A DNA stretch of 64,000 nt from Eledone cirrhosa (lineage: Eukaryota). The stretch spans positions 372,620,001 to 372,684,000 of the forward strand of contig OZ024741.1 in assembly GCA_964016885.1 (NCBI GenBank), written 5' to 3'. Shown here piece after piece: positions 48,556-62,869 of the stretch. The translations under genes and the position numbers were made by a program. Numbering within the stretch: position 1 is the stretch's first letter; each line of letters opens with the position of its first letter. The notes under the pieces are model-generated. The model was not told where the DNA came from. It was given only the letters and a program-made list of their open reading frames with translations, and ran no database searches.

Positions 48556-49693
48556 TGGATTGGCAGTATCGGTAGAAAGTCGGACACCATGCTTTGAAGC
48601 ATAGAGTTACGTCCCTTTATGATCCGAGTTCAAATCCCGCCGAGGTTAACTTTGCCTTTCATCCTTACGGGGTCGATAAAATAAAGTACCAAGTAATGTA
48701 CTGTGTAATTGCTGGCCTTGTGCCTAAAATAGAAACAATTATTACCAAAGGCGGTGGATTGGTAGTATCGGTAGAGGGTCGGATGCCATGCTTTCCAGCA
48801 TAGTTACGTCCCTTAACGATCTGAGTTCAAATCCCACCGAGGTTGACATTGCTTTTCATCCTTACGGGGTCGATAAAATAAAGTACCAGTAATGCACTGG
48901 GTAATTGTTGGCCTTGTTCCAAAAGTAGAAACAATTATTACCAAATTTGCTTTGCACTCTTTTGAGATTAAAAAAAAAAGTACCAGTCTAGTACTAGGGG
49001 GTTGATTATTTCTCTATATCTCTTTCTTTCTCTGGAAGAAACTGGCTGTGATCAGACCTGGAGTAAGATTGACTGTTTCTACTTTTGGCACAAGGCCAAC
49101 AATTATCCCAGTTCATTACTGGTGCTTTATTTTATCGACCCTGTAAGAATGAAAAGCAAAGCTAACCTTGTCGAGATTTGAACGCGGACTGTAAAGGGGC
49201 GTAACTCTCTGCTGCAAAGCATGGTGTCCGACCTTCTACCGATACCTCCAATCCACCGCCAGGTTTCAATAATGCCTAAAATATGCATATATCACTAAAG
49301 TATCTTTATGATTCAGAGAGAGAGAGAGAGAGAGCGTGTGTGTGCGTGTGTGTGTGTGTACCAGTGCTCTACTGGTTGATTCAATCAACTTCTCCAACAT
49401 GGGGAAATTAGCAGAATTGTTAGAGTACCAGACAAAATGTCATGCAGTATTTAGTTACAGATGGCTCGTTATGTTCTGAGTTCAAATCTCGTCAGGGTCA
49501 GCTTTCCCTTTCATCCTCCCAGAGTTTATAAAATATTGTACCAGTCAAATACTGGCGTCAATACAATTGACATACTCCCTCCCTTGAATTGCGGGCCTTG
49601 TACCTAAATGAGAAAGCATCATTATTGCCATCTTCATGATCATCATAACCATCATCAACGTAATATTAATACATCTATTGTCTTCTCCTGCAG

Positions 49694-49784
49694 TTCGTGG
49701 TAATGAAATGGCACAAATGGGTCATTATGCAGCTGCTATAGATCTTTTCACAGAAGCAATACGACTTGATCCAAGTGATTTTCG
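49694..49784 (+). CDS. TTC31: TTC31-like exon, TPR1 (IRGNEMAQMGHYAAAIDLFTEAIRLDPSDFR; phase 1 to 2)
   Basis: Canonical TPR pattern GN...G.Y..A...F..AI.L.P; acceptor ctcctgcag, donor GTGAGT. Confidence 0.95.
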
Positions 49785-52700
49785 GTGAGTCGACTTGCTG
49801 TAATATCTCTCATATTGTTTTAGATCCCCTTCCATTTTGATGAATCCATTAGCAGTAATATCTATCACCCTGTACCATTACCCTTGGAGCTGGTCCAGTA
49901 ATGTGCCAGCTTCAGCATTCGGTAATCAAAGGGGAGGTAGGTGTAAAAAACCAAACTTGCTATCTTCAATTCGGCATCCATGCCAACCCTTAACTTTAGT
50001 CATGAATCTTATTTTCCATCAGTCTTACAACCTGAGCTGCTATTAAAGCTTGCTTCTCGCTTCGTGTTGACCAGAATGCACTTATTAATTCAGAGTTTTG
50101 TGTATGTTGTTGTTGTTGAGCCCCAGCTCAACCCTGATCAAAGTTTTATTTATTTATTTGCTGACTTAATATAGTAGTGCTGGTGCAAGATAAAATGTAC
50201 CCAGCTTACTCTGTAGAGTGCTAGTGGCAGAATAAAAAGCCTAAAGTCCACCCTGTAAGGTTGTAGTGCTGGCACCACAATGAAAAGCACCAAGTCAGCA
50301 CTATGTGACAGTAGTGCTGGTGCCATGACAAAAAGCACACTGTCCAGCCTGTAAGGTGGTGGTGTTGGGGTGATGACAAAAAGCACCCAGTCCTGCCTGT
50401 AAGTGGGTATTGTTGGGTGACGACAAAAAGCTCCCGGCCCTACCTGTAAGTGGGTAGTGCTGAAGTCTTGATAAAATGCTCCCAGTACATGCTGCAAAGT
50501 GTCTGGCATTAGGATGAGCATCCAGCCATAGAAAACAAGCCAAAATAGAATGTATAAGATAGTTGTAGTCATCCGACTGGTCTAGCCTCAGACTGTGATA
50601 ACCTCTCTAACCCATGCTAGCATAGAAATTAGATGTTAAAGGTGATGATGATGATGGATTTATCTAGGACTAGATTAAACAATGTATCCTTCCCTTTTTT
50701 AATACTGTAGGGTGTAATATAATAGAAATTTGGGTGTTAATTCTAGCAGATGAAGCAACCATATAGATATTCACTTGATAGCTCATTGTTTTGGCTGAGA
50801 ATGTGTCAGTGTGTGTGTGTGTACGTAACGAAGTTGTGTACTGTTTGTCAGAAACTTTGACTGTACGTGTGTCAATGTATCTGTGTGTGTGTGTGTATGT
50901 GTCAGTGTGTCTGTACGTGTCAGTGTGTCTGTACTAAAGGTAGGATTAAACTTTGTGTGTGTGTATTGAATGTGGAGTTGTTAGTCTGCAACTTCATGTG
51001 TTTGTGTATGCATGTGTACATACTCAAGATATGTACTGTTTGTCAAAAACTTTGACAGTATGTATGTCAATGTGTCAGTGTATATGTGTGTGTGTGTGTG
51101 CCTGTGTCAGTGTATATGTGTCTGTATGTACTGAAGGTGGGGGTTGTTAAACTTCATGTGTTTGTGTACTGAATGTAGAGTTGTTAGTCTGTAACTGTGT
51201 GTTAAATGATTTATTTTCTTTGTTTTAGGTTTAAGCCTGAAAATGTTACCTTTGCAAGAAAATTACAATTAGTAGTTTAGTCTTGGGTGCCAATATATTA
51301 TAAAATTTTCTAAATTTGGTTTTTACCAAATTAAATCCCTCTCACTTTTTTCAATATTTAACATGTTTAATATTGGAGGCACATGGCCCAATGGTAAGGG
51401 TGTTGGACCTACGATCATAATGTCAGGGGTTTGATTCCTGGACTGTGTTGTGTGTTGTCTTCTTGAACAAAATACTTTATTTCATGTTACTCTAGTATAC
51501 TCAACTGAAACTGAATGCCAGCAATAGCTGAGGGTTTAACCCTATGATGGACTGGTATCCTGTCCAGTGGGGAGTCTTGTACACTCAGGCACTTATCACC
51601 ATAGAAACCAGGATAAGCACCAGCCTAATGAGCCTCGGGGCTCGAGTCAGACTTTAGACTGTTTGTAATAATACTATTTATTGAAGATATTCTGATATTT
51701 TGTCGAATCCATCTGTGAAAACTTTAATTATAGACATCTTAACCCTTTTAATACCAAACTACCTGAAACAGTCCATGATTCTATGATACAAAACTTTATT
51801 TTAAAAGTCTTTATATTTATCTAAAATTCTTCCATCATAATTTTGTGTAAGAACCATTGTTAAGTTATGTTCCAAAGACCAACTTAACACTTTTGATACC
51901 AAACTGCCTGATATCAGGTCTATTTCAACAATGAAAAACTGTTTATTTTTAAATATTTATATTTATTTAAAAATCTTCCATCATAATTTTGTGTAAGAGC
52001 CTTTGTTAAGTTATGTTCTTCATACTAACTTAACATTTTTGATACCAAACTGCCTGAAACCACCTCTGCTCCAACAATACAAAACTGTTTATTTTCAAAT
52101 TCTAAAATTCTTAAATTATAATTTTATGTAAAAACCTTTAAGTTATGCTCCAAACACCAGCTTAATCATGAGGAAGATATATTACTAAATCCCTCCAAAT
52201 TCTTGATTATTTTTGAAATTATTCCCAAATCATTGGCAATGTCATTCATTAGAAAAATGGTAACAGAAGGGTTAAACTATTGGATTTACACCTATAATTT
52301 GTTAATATATTTACACATACACAGGCTTGGCTTCTGCACACTTTTCCATCTACTAGATTCCATGACAACCTCTCTGGTGCCACGATAAAATGCACCCAGT
52401 ACACTCTACAGTGTGTGGTTTATATGTAAGCAAGATGCAACCCCTGATCTATCTGAGAGGCCAGTAGCCCTGACTAAAGTACCTACTTGGGTTGTGATGA
52501 CCCTTCCAACCTTCATTAGCAGGGAAAACAGACATTAAGTGATGAGGGTGCTGCTATTGGTCATTCAGATGCTATGGTAGAATACACTTGCCCAAGGTAC
52601 TGTACCAAACACAAAACAAAATATTTGCTAAGTGAACATCTTAACCACATAGCCTTTTCCTCTTCTGTTTTTAGAGTCTTGCTTATAGTTTTTTCCCACC

Positions 52701-52938
52701 AGTGATATTAATTCTAATTAAAACTATAATTTGTATGTGATTCTTAGTATTGCTATCTCCTTCTTCATCCTCATTATCATCATCACCACCACCATCATCA
52801 CCAATTCCCACTATCATTTTTTTCACCGCCACCACCATCATCATTTTTATCACCACCATTATCATCATCGTTATCACCACTATTATCATCATTTCATTTC
52901 ATTACATTGAAAATTATTTTTTCTTTTTCCTTGTTCAG

Positions 52939-52989
52939 GTTTTTTGGGAATCGTTCCTATTGCTATGAAAGAATACAACAGTATGATAA
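52939..52989 (+). CDS. TTC31: TTC31-like exon, TPR2 (FFGNRSYCYERIQQYDK; phase 2 to 2)
   Basis: The FGNRS.CYE motif is characteristic of TTC31-type TPRs; acceptor ttgttcag, donor GTAAGT. Confidence 0.95.
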
Positions 52990-53767
52990 GTAAGTCACAC
53001 TTAACAGAAATATCTATTGGCAAACCTTATTACCTCTATTGATACCAAAGCATCTGAAACTGCCCCTGGTTTTATGATACAAAACTACTCATTTTAAAGT
53101 ATTCATGCTTATATTAAAACATTCGCTAATCTTCTTCTTATCGTGTCCACAAGAGTGTCAGTCACAGAGCTTGGTTAGATGTAATTCCGCCACAGTTGAA
53201 CTCATTGCTGTCCTTTCTCATTAAACTCTGCCAAGTCCAATGCTGTGCAGGGGTCTTCCAGCAGGGGGCATATCCCTAATATTTTTATATAAGAATCTTT
53301 TAAGTAATACCCCAAACATTCAACTTTAATAATTGTTTCTACTTTTGGCACAAGGCCAATAATTATCCCAGTGCATTACTGGTGCTTTATTTTATCAACT
53401 CTGTAAGGATGAAAGGCAAAGTTAACCTCGGTGGGATTTGAACTCGGACCGTAAAGGGGCGTAACTCTATGCTGAAAAGCATAGCATCCGACACTCTACC
53501 GATACTGCCAATCCACCATTCAACTTTAATAATGACAACTATTCGTAAACCATATTAACATAATACATATTAAAATGGGAAAACTTATCACTAGAACAGC
53601 TGTTAAAACAGCTAAATGCTGTCAAAGACAGTGATGGGCAAAAATGCCTCAGAAAACAGAAACCTGTGGCCGGTGGTTAACAGAGAGACAATCCACAAGG
53701 TGGGTGAAAGGCAGATGAAATATAGAATACCTACTTTTTCCAAACTGTCTGAAACACCGATTGATTT

Positions 53768-54284
53768 ACACAGCTGTATAAAAAAGTGCAGAGCAATCAA
53801 AATTGATGGAATCTATGGAGTGGGTAGACCAAGAAAAACCTGGGGCGAGGTGATAAAAACTGACCTCGCTTACTTACACCTCTTTAAGACAATGTCACTG
53901 GATCGAGATCTTTGGCGCTATGCAGTTGTACAGAAGACCCGCCTTCCCTTGCATACAAACTTAAACCTACGGTCAGTAAGCACCTCTTATCCCAATATAC
54001 ATCCCATCTCACACACCCTACCCCATCCTCCCATTTCCGTCCATTGTGTCGGTGACACAACAAAAAGCACTCAAGTGGTCGTGTAGGAGACATGGTAAAA
54101 AGGCTCCCAGTTCAGACTGTAAATGTGGTTGGTGTTAGAAAGGGCATCAAGCCCGTAGAAAACCTGTCAGAGACAGTTCTGTACGAGCGAAACACGGTCT
54201 CCCGACCAATCTCGCATCAAATGGAACAAAACCGTCTAACCCATACTAGAGTGGAAGATGGACGTTAAACGATGATGATGATGA
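53768..54284 (+). mobile_element. 5'-truncated RTE LINE 3' end
   Basis: Peptide SCIKKCRAIKIDG...GRPRKTW...DRDLWR, followed by the 3' UTR and (TGA)n. Confidence 0.85.
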
Positions 54285-54706
54285 AGCTGATGTTCATTTT
54301 AAAGTGTTCATACTTATATTAAAGACGAGGTTCTGAATGTAAAGGCATGTAGTGTTGCGGTTTGGGTGTTTGGCTTATGATCACAAGATCATGAGTTTGA
54401 TTCCCAGCAATGCTTTGTTTCCTTGAGTAAGACACTCTGCTCCAGTTTACTCAACTGGGAAAAAAATCAGTTGTCTTTGGAGTTCAAAGGGCTTCAGTCT
54501 TGTCACACACACGGTGTGTCATTTTGGATCTCTGTGAACAATGTTAAGAGTATGTATCTCTGGAATGCTCAGCCACTTGTGTATTAATTTCACAAGCAGA
54601 TGGTACCATTGATCAAATGTCTAGAACACACATAGTCGAAACATGGGAAGTTCAATAACTTAAATTGAAACCTTCCATCATAATTTTATGTAAGAACCTT
54701 TATTAA

Positions 54707-54915
54707 CCCTTTAGCATTTACATTACTCTATATATGCTATTGTATTTTTTGTGGTAAAGGCTTTATCTTATGTAACATCGAATCTATGAGATTTTAATAT
54801 TATTTATTTTGAGAACAATATATTGACATCAGTATGAGCAGCCAGTTACAGCCGGTTTAAATAGAAAAAGGTGAGACAATTCTGCCCGGATATGGTCGGT
54901 TTTAATGCTAAAGGG
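54707..54915. mobile_element. piggyBac-like MITE nested in another TTAA-type repeat
   Basis: Duplicated TTAA at 54703-54706 and 54916-54919 interrupts the aagaacctttgTTAAgttatgttcc motif, which is uninterrupted at 51850-51873. Confidence 0.85.
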
Positions 54916-55092
54916 TTAAGTAATGTTCCAAACAACAGCTAAATAATAGAAAACATGAGCTGTGTATTTCATTAGAAATATGGTAACAAAAGAGTTAATA
55001 TGAAACTTGTAAATTAAGCCCTTTATATAGCATATAAAGTAGTGTTTTGGGTATTTTTTTATTTGTTTCTTTATTATTTATATTTTTTCTAG

Positions 55093-55183
55093 AGCCCTAA
55101 AAGATGCTGAAAAGTCTATATCAATATCCTCAAATTGGCCAAAAGGATACTTTAGAAAAGGTCGAGCTTTAGCTGGACAAAAA
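55093..55183 (+). CDS. TTC31: TTC31-like exon, TPR2/3 (ALKDAEKSISISSNWPKGYFRKGRALAGQK; phase 2 to 0)
   Basis: AL.DA...WPKGYFRKG.AL TPR signature; acceptor ttttctag, donor GTGAGT. Confidence 0.95.
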
Positions 55184-55411
55184 GTGAGTATTCTTTCCTG
55201 TTCCCTTCAGTTTGTGCAGTTGTATGTGCATGCACTGGTGCATGTATTTATACACGTTATAAGCACTCATGTGAGGTCTTCAAAGATCAGAATACAACAA
55301 AAATTTGGACCCTTTTTCTTGCGAAAAGAATATTTCCTATGGCATGAAACATAAAAAAAGGCTTTACAGTATCTGATCTATTCATACTGTATTGCAGTGC
55401 ATTGTCTATAG

Positions 55412-55728
55412 CAGGGGCGTGCAACAGGTGGCCCGTGGGCCACAATCTAGCCTGCCAGACCAGTCAGAGTGGCCTGCGATGACCATTTTAAATTTTTACC
55501 TTGTAGGCTTATTTAGAATTTTTTTCATAACCGTAATACAATTTTCTGTTAGTTGACCTATACTAAAGGGCTTCACTGATAGGGTTATGTGTTATAATTT
55601 CCTAGTTCCATGTTATGGAAAGAAGTTGTGGTGAATCTTTGGAATAGTGCTTAATAAATATTAATGGCCCTAATAGTTGTTCCAATGTTCAAAAGTGGCC
55701 CACCAATGGAATATGTTGCACACCTCTG
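55412..55728. mobile_element. hAT (Charlie-like) MITE
   Basis: TIRs caggggcgtgcaaca / tgttgcacacctctg; perfect 8-bp TSD GTCTATAG at 55404-55411 and 55729-55736. Confidence 0.9.
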
Positions 55729-55761
55729 GTCTATAGGGTAATGTTTAAACAAAAAGTTATA

Positions 55762-56075
55762 CAGTGGAACCTCGGTTCATGAACGTCTTATCACAAACAA
55801 ATCAGTTCATGGACAATTTTTCCGAATATAAAACATCTCGGTTGACTAACGGTGTCTTGAGTAATGAATACACAAGTGAGCAACAACAGTTGACAACAAG
55901 CTTGGTTGCTGTATAGTTAGTTACTATGGTGATATCTACATGTCTTTCACACAGTCTCTCTGTCACTGTATTTCTCTTTCAACATTTAGTATGGGAAAAA
56001 TAGTTTGTTTACGAATATTTTGGATGACGAACATCCTTCAGGAATGAATTAAGTTTGTGAATCAAGGTTCTACTG
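55762..56075. mobile_element. pogo/Tigger-like MITE
   Basis: TA-CAGTGGAACCTCGG...AAGGTTCTACTG-TA; second copy at 60376-60717. Confidence 0.85.
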
Positions 56076-57458
56076 TATTTCTAATTTAATGTTTCATGCA
56101 CTACTCTTACAAAACCATCTACATGGATGCAGAGGTGACTAGGTGGATAAGAAGTACGCTTTGCAGTTACATTGGTTTTTCATTCAATCCTACTGATCAG
56201 CACTGTGTGCTTTTACCATAACCTAAATTGTGAGTGAAATTGGGTTGACAGAGACTAGAGAAGCCAAGTAGATAGCTGTACTTATTTTTGAGTGGCAGAT
56301 TTAATCTGTTACCTAGTTTAACTCCTCTACCAAGTCTTTGGGTTCTTTTAACAGAGCCTACTCTGCTTCAAGCAAACTAACTATTAACTATTTTAGATGA
56401 TAATATAATAGCCAACTTACCTGCCATCATGATTTGGGAAGATTAAATGTTTAGGCATTATATAAATATAATATAGCAGAGGCACATGGTTTAGTGGGTT
56501 AAATAAAGTGTTTGATTCATAATTACAAGGTCATGAGTTTGATTTCCAGCAGTATGTTGTGTTCTTGGGCAAGAAACTTAGTTTTATGTTGCTCCAGTCC
56601 ATTCAGCTATAATTCTATGAGATACCCTTGTCACTCACTGAGCTACACGTGTCTGTGGAATACTCAGCCGCATGCATGTTAATTTCACCAGCAAGCCGTT
56701 CCATTGATCAAATCAACTGAAACACTTGTCGTCAGAACTATTGACCCTACTAGCAAGGGTTATATGGTTCATCACAGACTAAATCAGTACTTAGCCAGAG
56801 CCACAAGGTGCATCTCGCTTACATATGTTCCCATACTCTACAGAGTGTACTGGGTGCATTTTATTATGGCACAAGCACTAGGGAGGTTGTCATGTCTATA
56901 ACACATCTAAAGAGTCCTCTTGGCCCTTTGTTTGACTTTTGCTCCTAGTTGCTAGCTGTGTTTTTATTTTTTTTTTGTCACATGCACCACTTACTTGCAA
57001 TATATAAGAACATTCTGATAACTGTATTGTTTGCTAAAGATGCAGTTTGTAATTTAGGCGCATGATCAACAGTTTCAATTAAATTGACTGATACTTTATT
57101 TTATCAACCACTGAAGGATGAAGGCAAAATTAACTGGAACTAATGCCACAAAGTATATTGGCCAACACTTTAACCTTTTAGCATTTACATTAATCTATAT
57201 TTACTATTATATTTTCACAGTAAAGGCTTTACCTCACATAATTATCTCACATAATATCGAAGCTATGAGATTTTGATGTTATTTATTTTGAGAACAATAC
57301 CTTAACATTGGTATGAGCGGCCAATTACAGCTGGTTTGAACAGAAAGAGGTGAGAGAATTCTGGCCAGATATGGCCGGTTTAAATGCTAAAGGGTTAATG
57401 ATTGTTCCAATTCACCACTGTTTTTTTGTTTGCTAAACTCTGACTAATTACATTGTAG

Positions 57459-57563
57459 CAATACTCTAAAGCTGAAGAAGCATTTCTACAAGTGGTACGT
57501 TTAGATAAAAATTGTGAAGATGCCAGGCAGGAATTGCTGAGAGTACGGACACATCAAATTACT
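57459..57563 (+). CDS. TTC31: TTC31-like exon, TPR3 and capping helix (QYSKAEEAFLQVVRLDKNCEDARQELLRVRTHQIT; phase 0 to 0)
   Basis: Branch-like tgactaat + ttgtag acceptor, donor GTAAGT. Confidence 0.94.
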
Positions 57564-58066
57564 GTAAGTCTGCTTTCACCTAATCTTTCTTTCTTTTTTT
57601 TTAATTTGTTTTATTTGTTTCATTCTTTTGTTAGATAATAAGTGAAATAATGTAAAACTTAATTTAAAACACAACAATAATGATCTTCTCTACTATAATC
57701 CCCATTTCAATAGTCTGTATTGTCTTTATACACACACATACTTATATACACATCATCATCATTTTCTAAGCTAGCAAGGGTTGGACATACATATATGTAC
57801 ACACGCACACACACATTATATATAAACAACAAAAAGTACCCAGTTCACCCTGTTTAGTGGTCGTTTGTGTACCACAATAGAAAGTAGCCAGTCCATACTG
57901 TAACATGGTTGGCATTAGGAAGGGCATCCAGCTGTAGAAACCAAGTCAAAATACAGTTCCATATAGGCAAGAGATGGTCTTCGGACCTGACTTGTCTCAT
58001 AGCGTAACAACTTGTCTAACCCATGCAAGCTTGGAAAATTGACGTTAAATGATGATAATAGACATG

Positions 58067-58119
<53 letters not shown>

Positions 58120-58269
58120 GAAAGGATGCAGATATCTATGCACACATAGTGCTTATATTTGAGTTCACACATGCATCTACACATACATATACACACACCC
58201 ACAACTCTAAACTTAAAAATTCTAATGATATTGACATTTAAAAAAATTTAATCTTTTGGAATGTTCCAG

Positions 58270-58360
58270 GAAATGGGTTTTACCAAATTACAAGCTGAAG
58301 CTGCCATTATACAGCATGGAACAGTACAAGCAGCTCTGGACTCTCTATTAGCTGGAATTG
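58270..58360 (+). CDS. TTC31: TTC31-like exon, UBA-like (EMGFTKLQAEAAIIQHGTVQAALDSLLAGI; phase 0 to 1)
   Basis: MGF loop and A..A.....V..A...LL pattern of UBA folds; acceptor ttccag, donor GTAATT. Confidence 0.92.
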
Positions 58361-58527
58361 GTAATTGGAAGCTCTAGTTTTATACTCACATTTTCTGCAT
58401 AGTCTCATCCCTTCCACTATAATTTTGTTTTCATCTCTTTCTTTCTCTTGCTCTCCTCCTCTCTCTTCCTCTCCTCCTCTCTCTCTTCCTCTTCCATCTC
58501 TCTCTCACTCGATATATATATATATAA

Positions 58528-59525
58528 TGTAAATCTTGGGTACACAAAAGATGTAGTGGGATAACGAGTAGACTAATAGGAAGGGAGAACTTTACCTGTA
58601 GAAGATGCACAGGAGAAATCTAGAGGAAGTGTGCTAATGATATAAACTTTTTCCAGTTGCAAGAAGGATCCACAGACTTGGTTGATAGCTTCTGCTATCT
58701 AGGTGACCTAATTAGTAGTGGAGAAGAGTGCGCTGAGAGTATATTAGCTAGAATAAGGATAGGATGGAAGACGTTTAGGAACACTTGATAGTAAAAGTGT
58801 TAGTGATATACACCTTTTTCAATCTCATGTAGGATCCATAAAAGTGGTTGATATTTTCTGCTATGTAAGTGACCAAATTAGCAGTGGAGGTGGGTGCTTC
58901 AAGAGCATAGTAGTTAGAATAAGAATAGGAGGGAAGATATTTAGAAAGTTACTCTCCCTGTTAACAAAAAGTTTCTCCCTACGAACAAAAGGTCGTCTGT
59001 ATGATGCCTGTGTGATGTGCAATGCTGCATGGTAGTGAAATATGAGAGAGCATTCTTCGATGGATGTGCAATGTTAATGAACATGAATGAACTGAGAGAG
59101 AAACTGAGTATAAGAGGAATCAGATGTTGTGTGCAAGAGAGAAGACTGCACGGGTATGGACATGTGATGTGCATGGATGTTGGTTGCTGGGTGAAGCAGT
59201 GCAAAGAAATTCTAGTCAAAGGAAACTGCAGTAGAGGAAGACCTGGACGGAAGTTGTGAGAGCTGATCTCAAATTGATGATATAATCTATCTGACTAGCA
59301 TGTTCACCAGATCTATAGATGATCAAGTGGTTGTCGGGCTTTTTGAAGTTTATGTTACATATTGACAGGTCAATTGGCATCACAGAATTCTTGGAACCTA
59401 AAACCTTTATTTCTTGCACCAAACCAATAGCCTCCATGGACTATGTAGAAGCTGTCACAGTGTTGTTCAATGTATCCATTAAAGTCCCCTGCGATCATTA
59501 AGAAGTCACTATCATTCGTTAAATG
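58528..59525. mobile_element. Degraded RTE fragments (C-terminal part on +, endonuclease part on -)
   Basis: Peptides RTKGRLYDAC and QERRLHGYGHV on +; IAGDFNG...GGYWFGARN on -. Confidence 0.8.
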
Positions 59526-59971
59526 ATACATACAGGCATCATCCACATGCATTCTAGACACACTCATGGCAGACACACAGCTTTCATGACTGAAATCTTG
59601 AAAACATTTTCCAATGGAGACATAACAAACCTAATCTTCTTCATAAGCATATCTCATCACACATACCAAGGAAACAGAAATCCTACATTCCAGACCTTTT
59701 TCATTCTATATTTTAACCCTTTTGTGACCATATTTCTAATAATTAATTAAGGATTTTCAGAGATTTACAGAAATTATTAATTATTTCATTACTGAAATAG
59801 TAACCTAAAATATTGCTCTTCTATAAAATTATGTTGGATGATTTGGATTTAAACAGAAGCCCTTTCAAAGAGGTAGCTTTGTTTCATAGAACCCGAGCCG
59901 GTTTTGTGTGGATTGATAACAAGAATGTTATGTAATTGTTTTAACTCTAAATGAACAACTCTCTATTTCAG

Positions 59972-60086
59972 TGGCTGACAATCTGAATGATGGTCTTGGC
60001 TCAGATAAAGAATTCTCTGTCAGTAATATTAATCACAACATCACAATAAATAGTTCATGCTCATCACCTATGGATACCAAAATGGA
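59972..60086 (+). CDS. TTC31: TTC31-like linker exon (VADNLNDGLGSDKEF...PMDTKM; phase 1 to 2)
   Basis: Acceptor ctctatttcag, donor GTAGGT; phase fits both neighbours. Confidence 0.87.
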
Positions 60087-60375
60087 GTAGGTAACCAATT
60101 TGACAACTTCCTTTGTTTGCTTATGTAAATTGTGTATGCCTGAAAATGTTGTTCACATTGTTACTCTGAAAATTCATCCCTTTCTCTTCTTAATCCCTTT
60201 ACTCTATTTTCCATGAAATTTAGTAGATAAATTATGTAATATTCATTCATTATTTATTCAAAGTAATCCAACTTATTTTACTAAGGGGATAAAAAATTAT
60301 AAACCGTACGCAGTCCCGCACTTCTTACTTTATTATAGTTTAGATGTATGTGTAAATTTTAGTTATATAAATATA

Positions 60376-60717
60376 CGGTGGAACCTCGATTCACGAACGC
60401 CTCACACCACAAACAAATTGGTTCACGAACAAAAAACATAAAACATCTCGGGTCATGAATGATGTCATGAGTAGTGAACATTCAAGCTGGCAACAACGGT
60501 TGGCAACAAGCTTGAAGTATGGTCTGGAATGTGTCAGTTGCTGTGTAGTTAGTTACTATTGTGATATCTATCTGTCTTTCATATTCACACAGTCTCTCTC
60601 ACTCATTGTAATTCTCTCTCAACATTTCATATGGGAAAAATAGTTTCAGTTTACAAACATTTCTGGTGATAAATAGCCTTCAGGAACGAATTAAGTTTGT
60701 GAACTGAGGTTCCACTA
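60376..60717. mobile_element. pogo/Tigger-like MITE (family of 55762-56075)
   Basis: cggtggaacctcga...tgaggttccacta TIRs with TA flanks. Confidence 0.82.
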
Positions 60718-60828
60718 TACAAATACATATGGTGTATTATGGTTGATGTTTTAATAAAGTTTCATCAGTTGGTCTTATGACATTTATATATCCATTTCTT
60801 TAGTTAATTATAGATGTCTTATTTATAG

Positions 60829-60918
60829 CCCAGCAAATCCTGAAGGATTAACGGCATTGTGGGTAGGAAATGTTTTACCTGAAGTTTCTGAAAAAAAATT
60901 AAACCAGTTATTTTCAAG
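60829..60918 (+). CDS. TTC31: TTC31-like exon, RRM N-half (DPANPEGLTALWVGNVLPEVSEKKLNQLFSR; phase 2 to 2)
   Basis: RNP2-like LWVGNV; acceptor tttatag, donor GTAGGT. Confidence 0.94.
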
Positions 60919-62869
60919 GTAGGTTTGATATTTTGCTTTGTTGTGTTGCATTCTGGTGTATGCAACCATGTGCTATTAGGGTTCTACAAATTCTTGAGAA
61001 TATTTGTAAAGAGAAATGTGTTAGTCCAATTTAAAATAGGTATTCTGTATCCCTGTGTGCTGTTAGAAGTGATTATGGAGTTGGTGTCAGCAAGGGCATC
61101 TGGCTGTAAAGCATTGCTTCAAAAAGTCCCATCTAACCCATGCCAGCATGGAAAGGTCAACATAAAAACGATGATGATTATGATAATTCTTCTTTCTTCT
61201 TGAGTCATCCCTCCATCAAAAGTGAAGCATGCACAAAGTTCTTGTTCCAGACTTCCCGATCTCTCATCACAGCAAGATCTCACCCAGCGAGGCCAGTGTT
61301 CCACGCCACAGAGTCCTGATGGTTATGTTTGGATGTCCTACTCGGTGCTTTATGGAAAGTACATATACAATACAACAAACACAACAAGCATTTTAAGACC
61401 ATTATTTCCTTGTTAAAGCAGAGGTTAAACTTTGTGAATCCCGTGACATGGAATCCTTATTTTAGACAAGGTTTATAGCAAGATCCCTTTCCTAACACAA
61501 TTTAGTCTTCTCATACAACACAAAGGATATGGTTTACCTATTCTAAACCTGAAACACACCATCTTCTGCATGTATGCTTTTTCATTAGAAATACTAGTTA
61601 ATTTTCTTACACAGTATTCTATTATCTTATAAATAGAAGGGCACATTGTATTATGTGATCCTAGACATACAAAAACAAAGGATAGCCATTGCTGGAATGC
61701 ATTTAATCATAGATCTGCTCAATCACAGCCTACCTAGGGTTAAATTGCTGCTGCTAGGAATAGCCTGGAATCGTGTCAGTTTGTACTGCAAAAAGAAGGC
61801 AGCGATTTGAGAAAAGGAGAACCAAGTATTGAGAAAAGGAATATATATATTTTCATATATGTTTATTCCTTATATGAAAAAGAATGAAGACAATATAAAA
61901 AGAAAACAACTTTGTACAAAAGTTATAAACAAACAGCATTTACTTTTCTGCATACATATGTATATATTTGTTTGTGTGTGTATATAAATATATATATATA
62001 TATATATACAAAGATCGGAATTAAGAGTATTCCGCAGTTCACTGTAATAATAATAATAGTATTAGCTCAAAGAAGAATAGAGAATTTCCTTCTGAGCTCA
62101 AATGCAAATATATTTGCATTATATATTGGTAGTATCGGTAGAGTGTCGGACGCCTTGCTTTCCAGCATAGTTACGTCCCTTTACGATCTGAGTTCAAATC
62201 CCGCCGAGGTTGACTTTGCCTTTCATCCTTACGGGGTCGATAAAATAAAGTACCAGTAATGCACTGGGTAATTGCTGGCCCTGTGCCTAAAGTAGAAACA
62301 ATTATATATATATATATATATGATGATCGCTAGGTGAAGAAGTGCCAGGAAATGCCAGTAGAAGGAAGCCACAGAAGAGGTAGACCAAGGAAGACCTGAG
62401 TGGAGATAGTAAGAGCTAGTCTCAAATCACCGAGACTCTCAGAGGCAATGATGAAGGAATGAGGCGAGTGGAGAGATGCTATCCTTAAAAGAATCTGTCT
62501 AACCCATGCAAGCATGGAAAAATGGATGTAAGAACGATGATGATATGTACACACACACATATATATATGTGTGCGTGTATGTATATATATGGGGGGGGGG
62601 GGGGTTATGTATGTGTTGGGAGCATTTTTTGTAGCAGCAGTACTATTAACTTACAAGGGTAAAACAAAAACAACCTTATTGTTAGATTGTTTTTTGTAGA
62701 GACAGACTAGCTTAATGGATAATGTGTAGGATAATCAGTTGACATCTGTTCTAGGTGTTTTAGTGTTTCATTGGGACAAGGCACTTTATTTCACATGCCA
62801 CCATTTATTTGGGAAAGAGATGTAACCAGATTAACATCATATATTGATATATTTCATTTCTACCCACAG

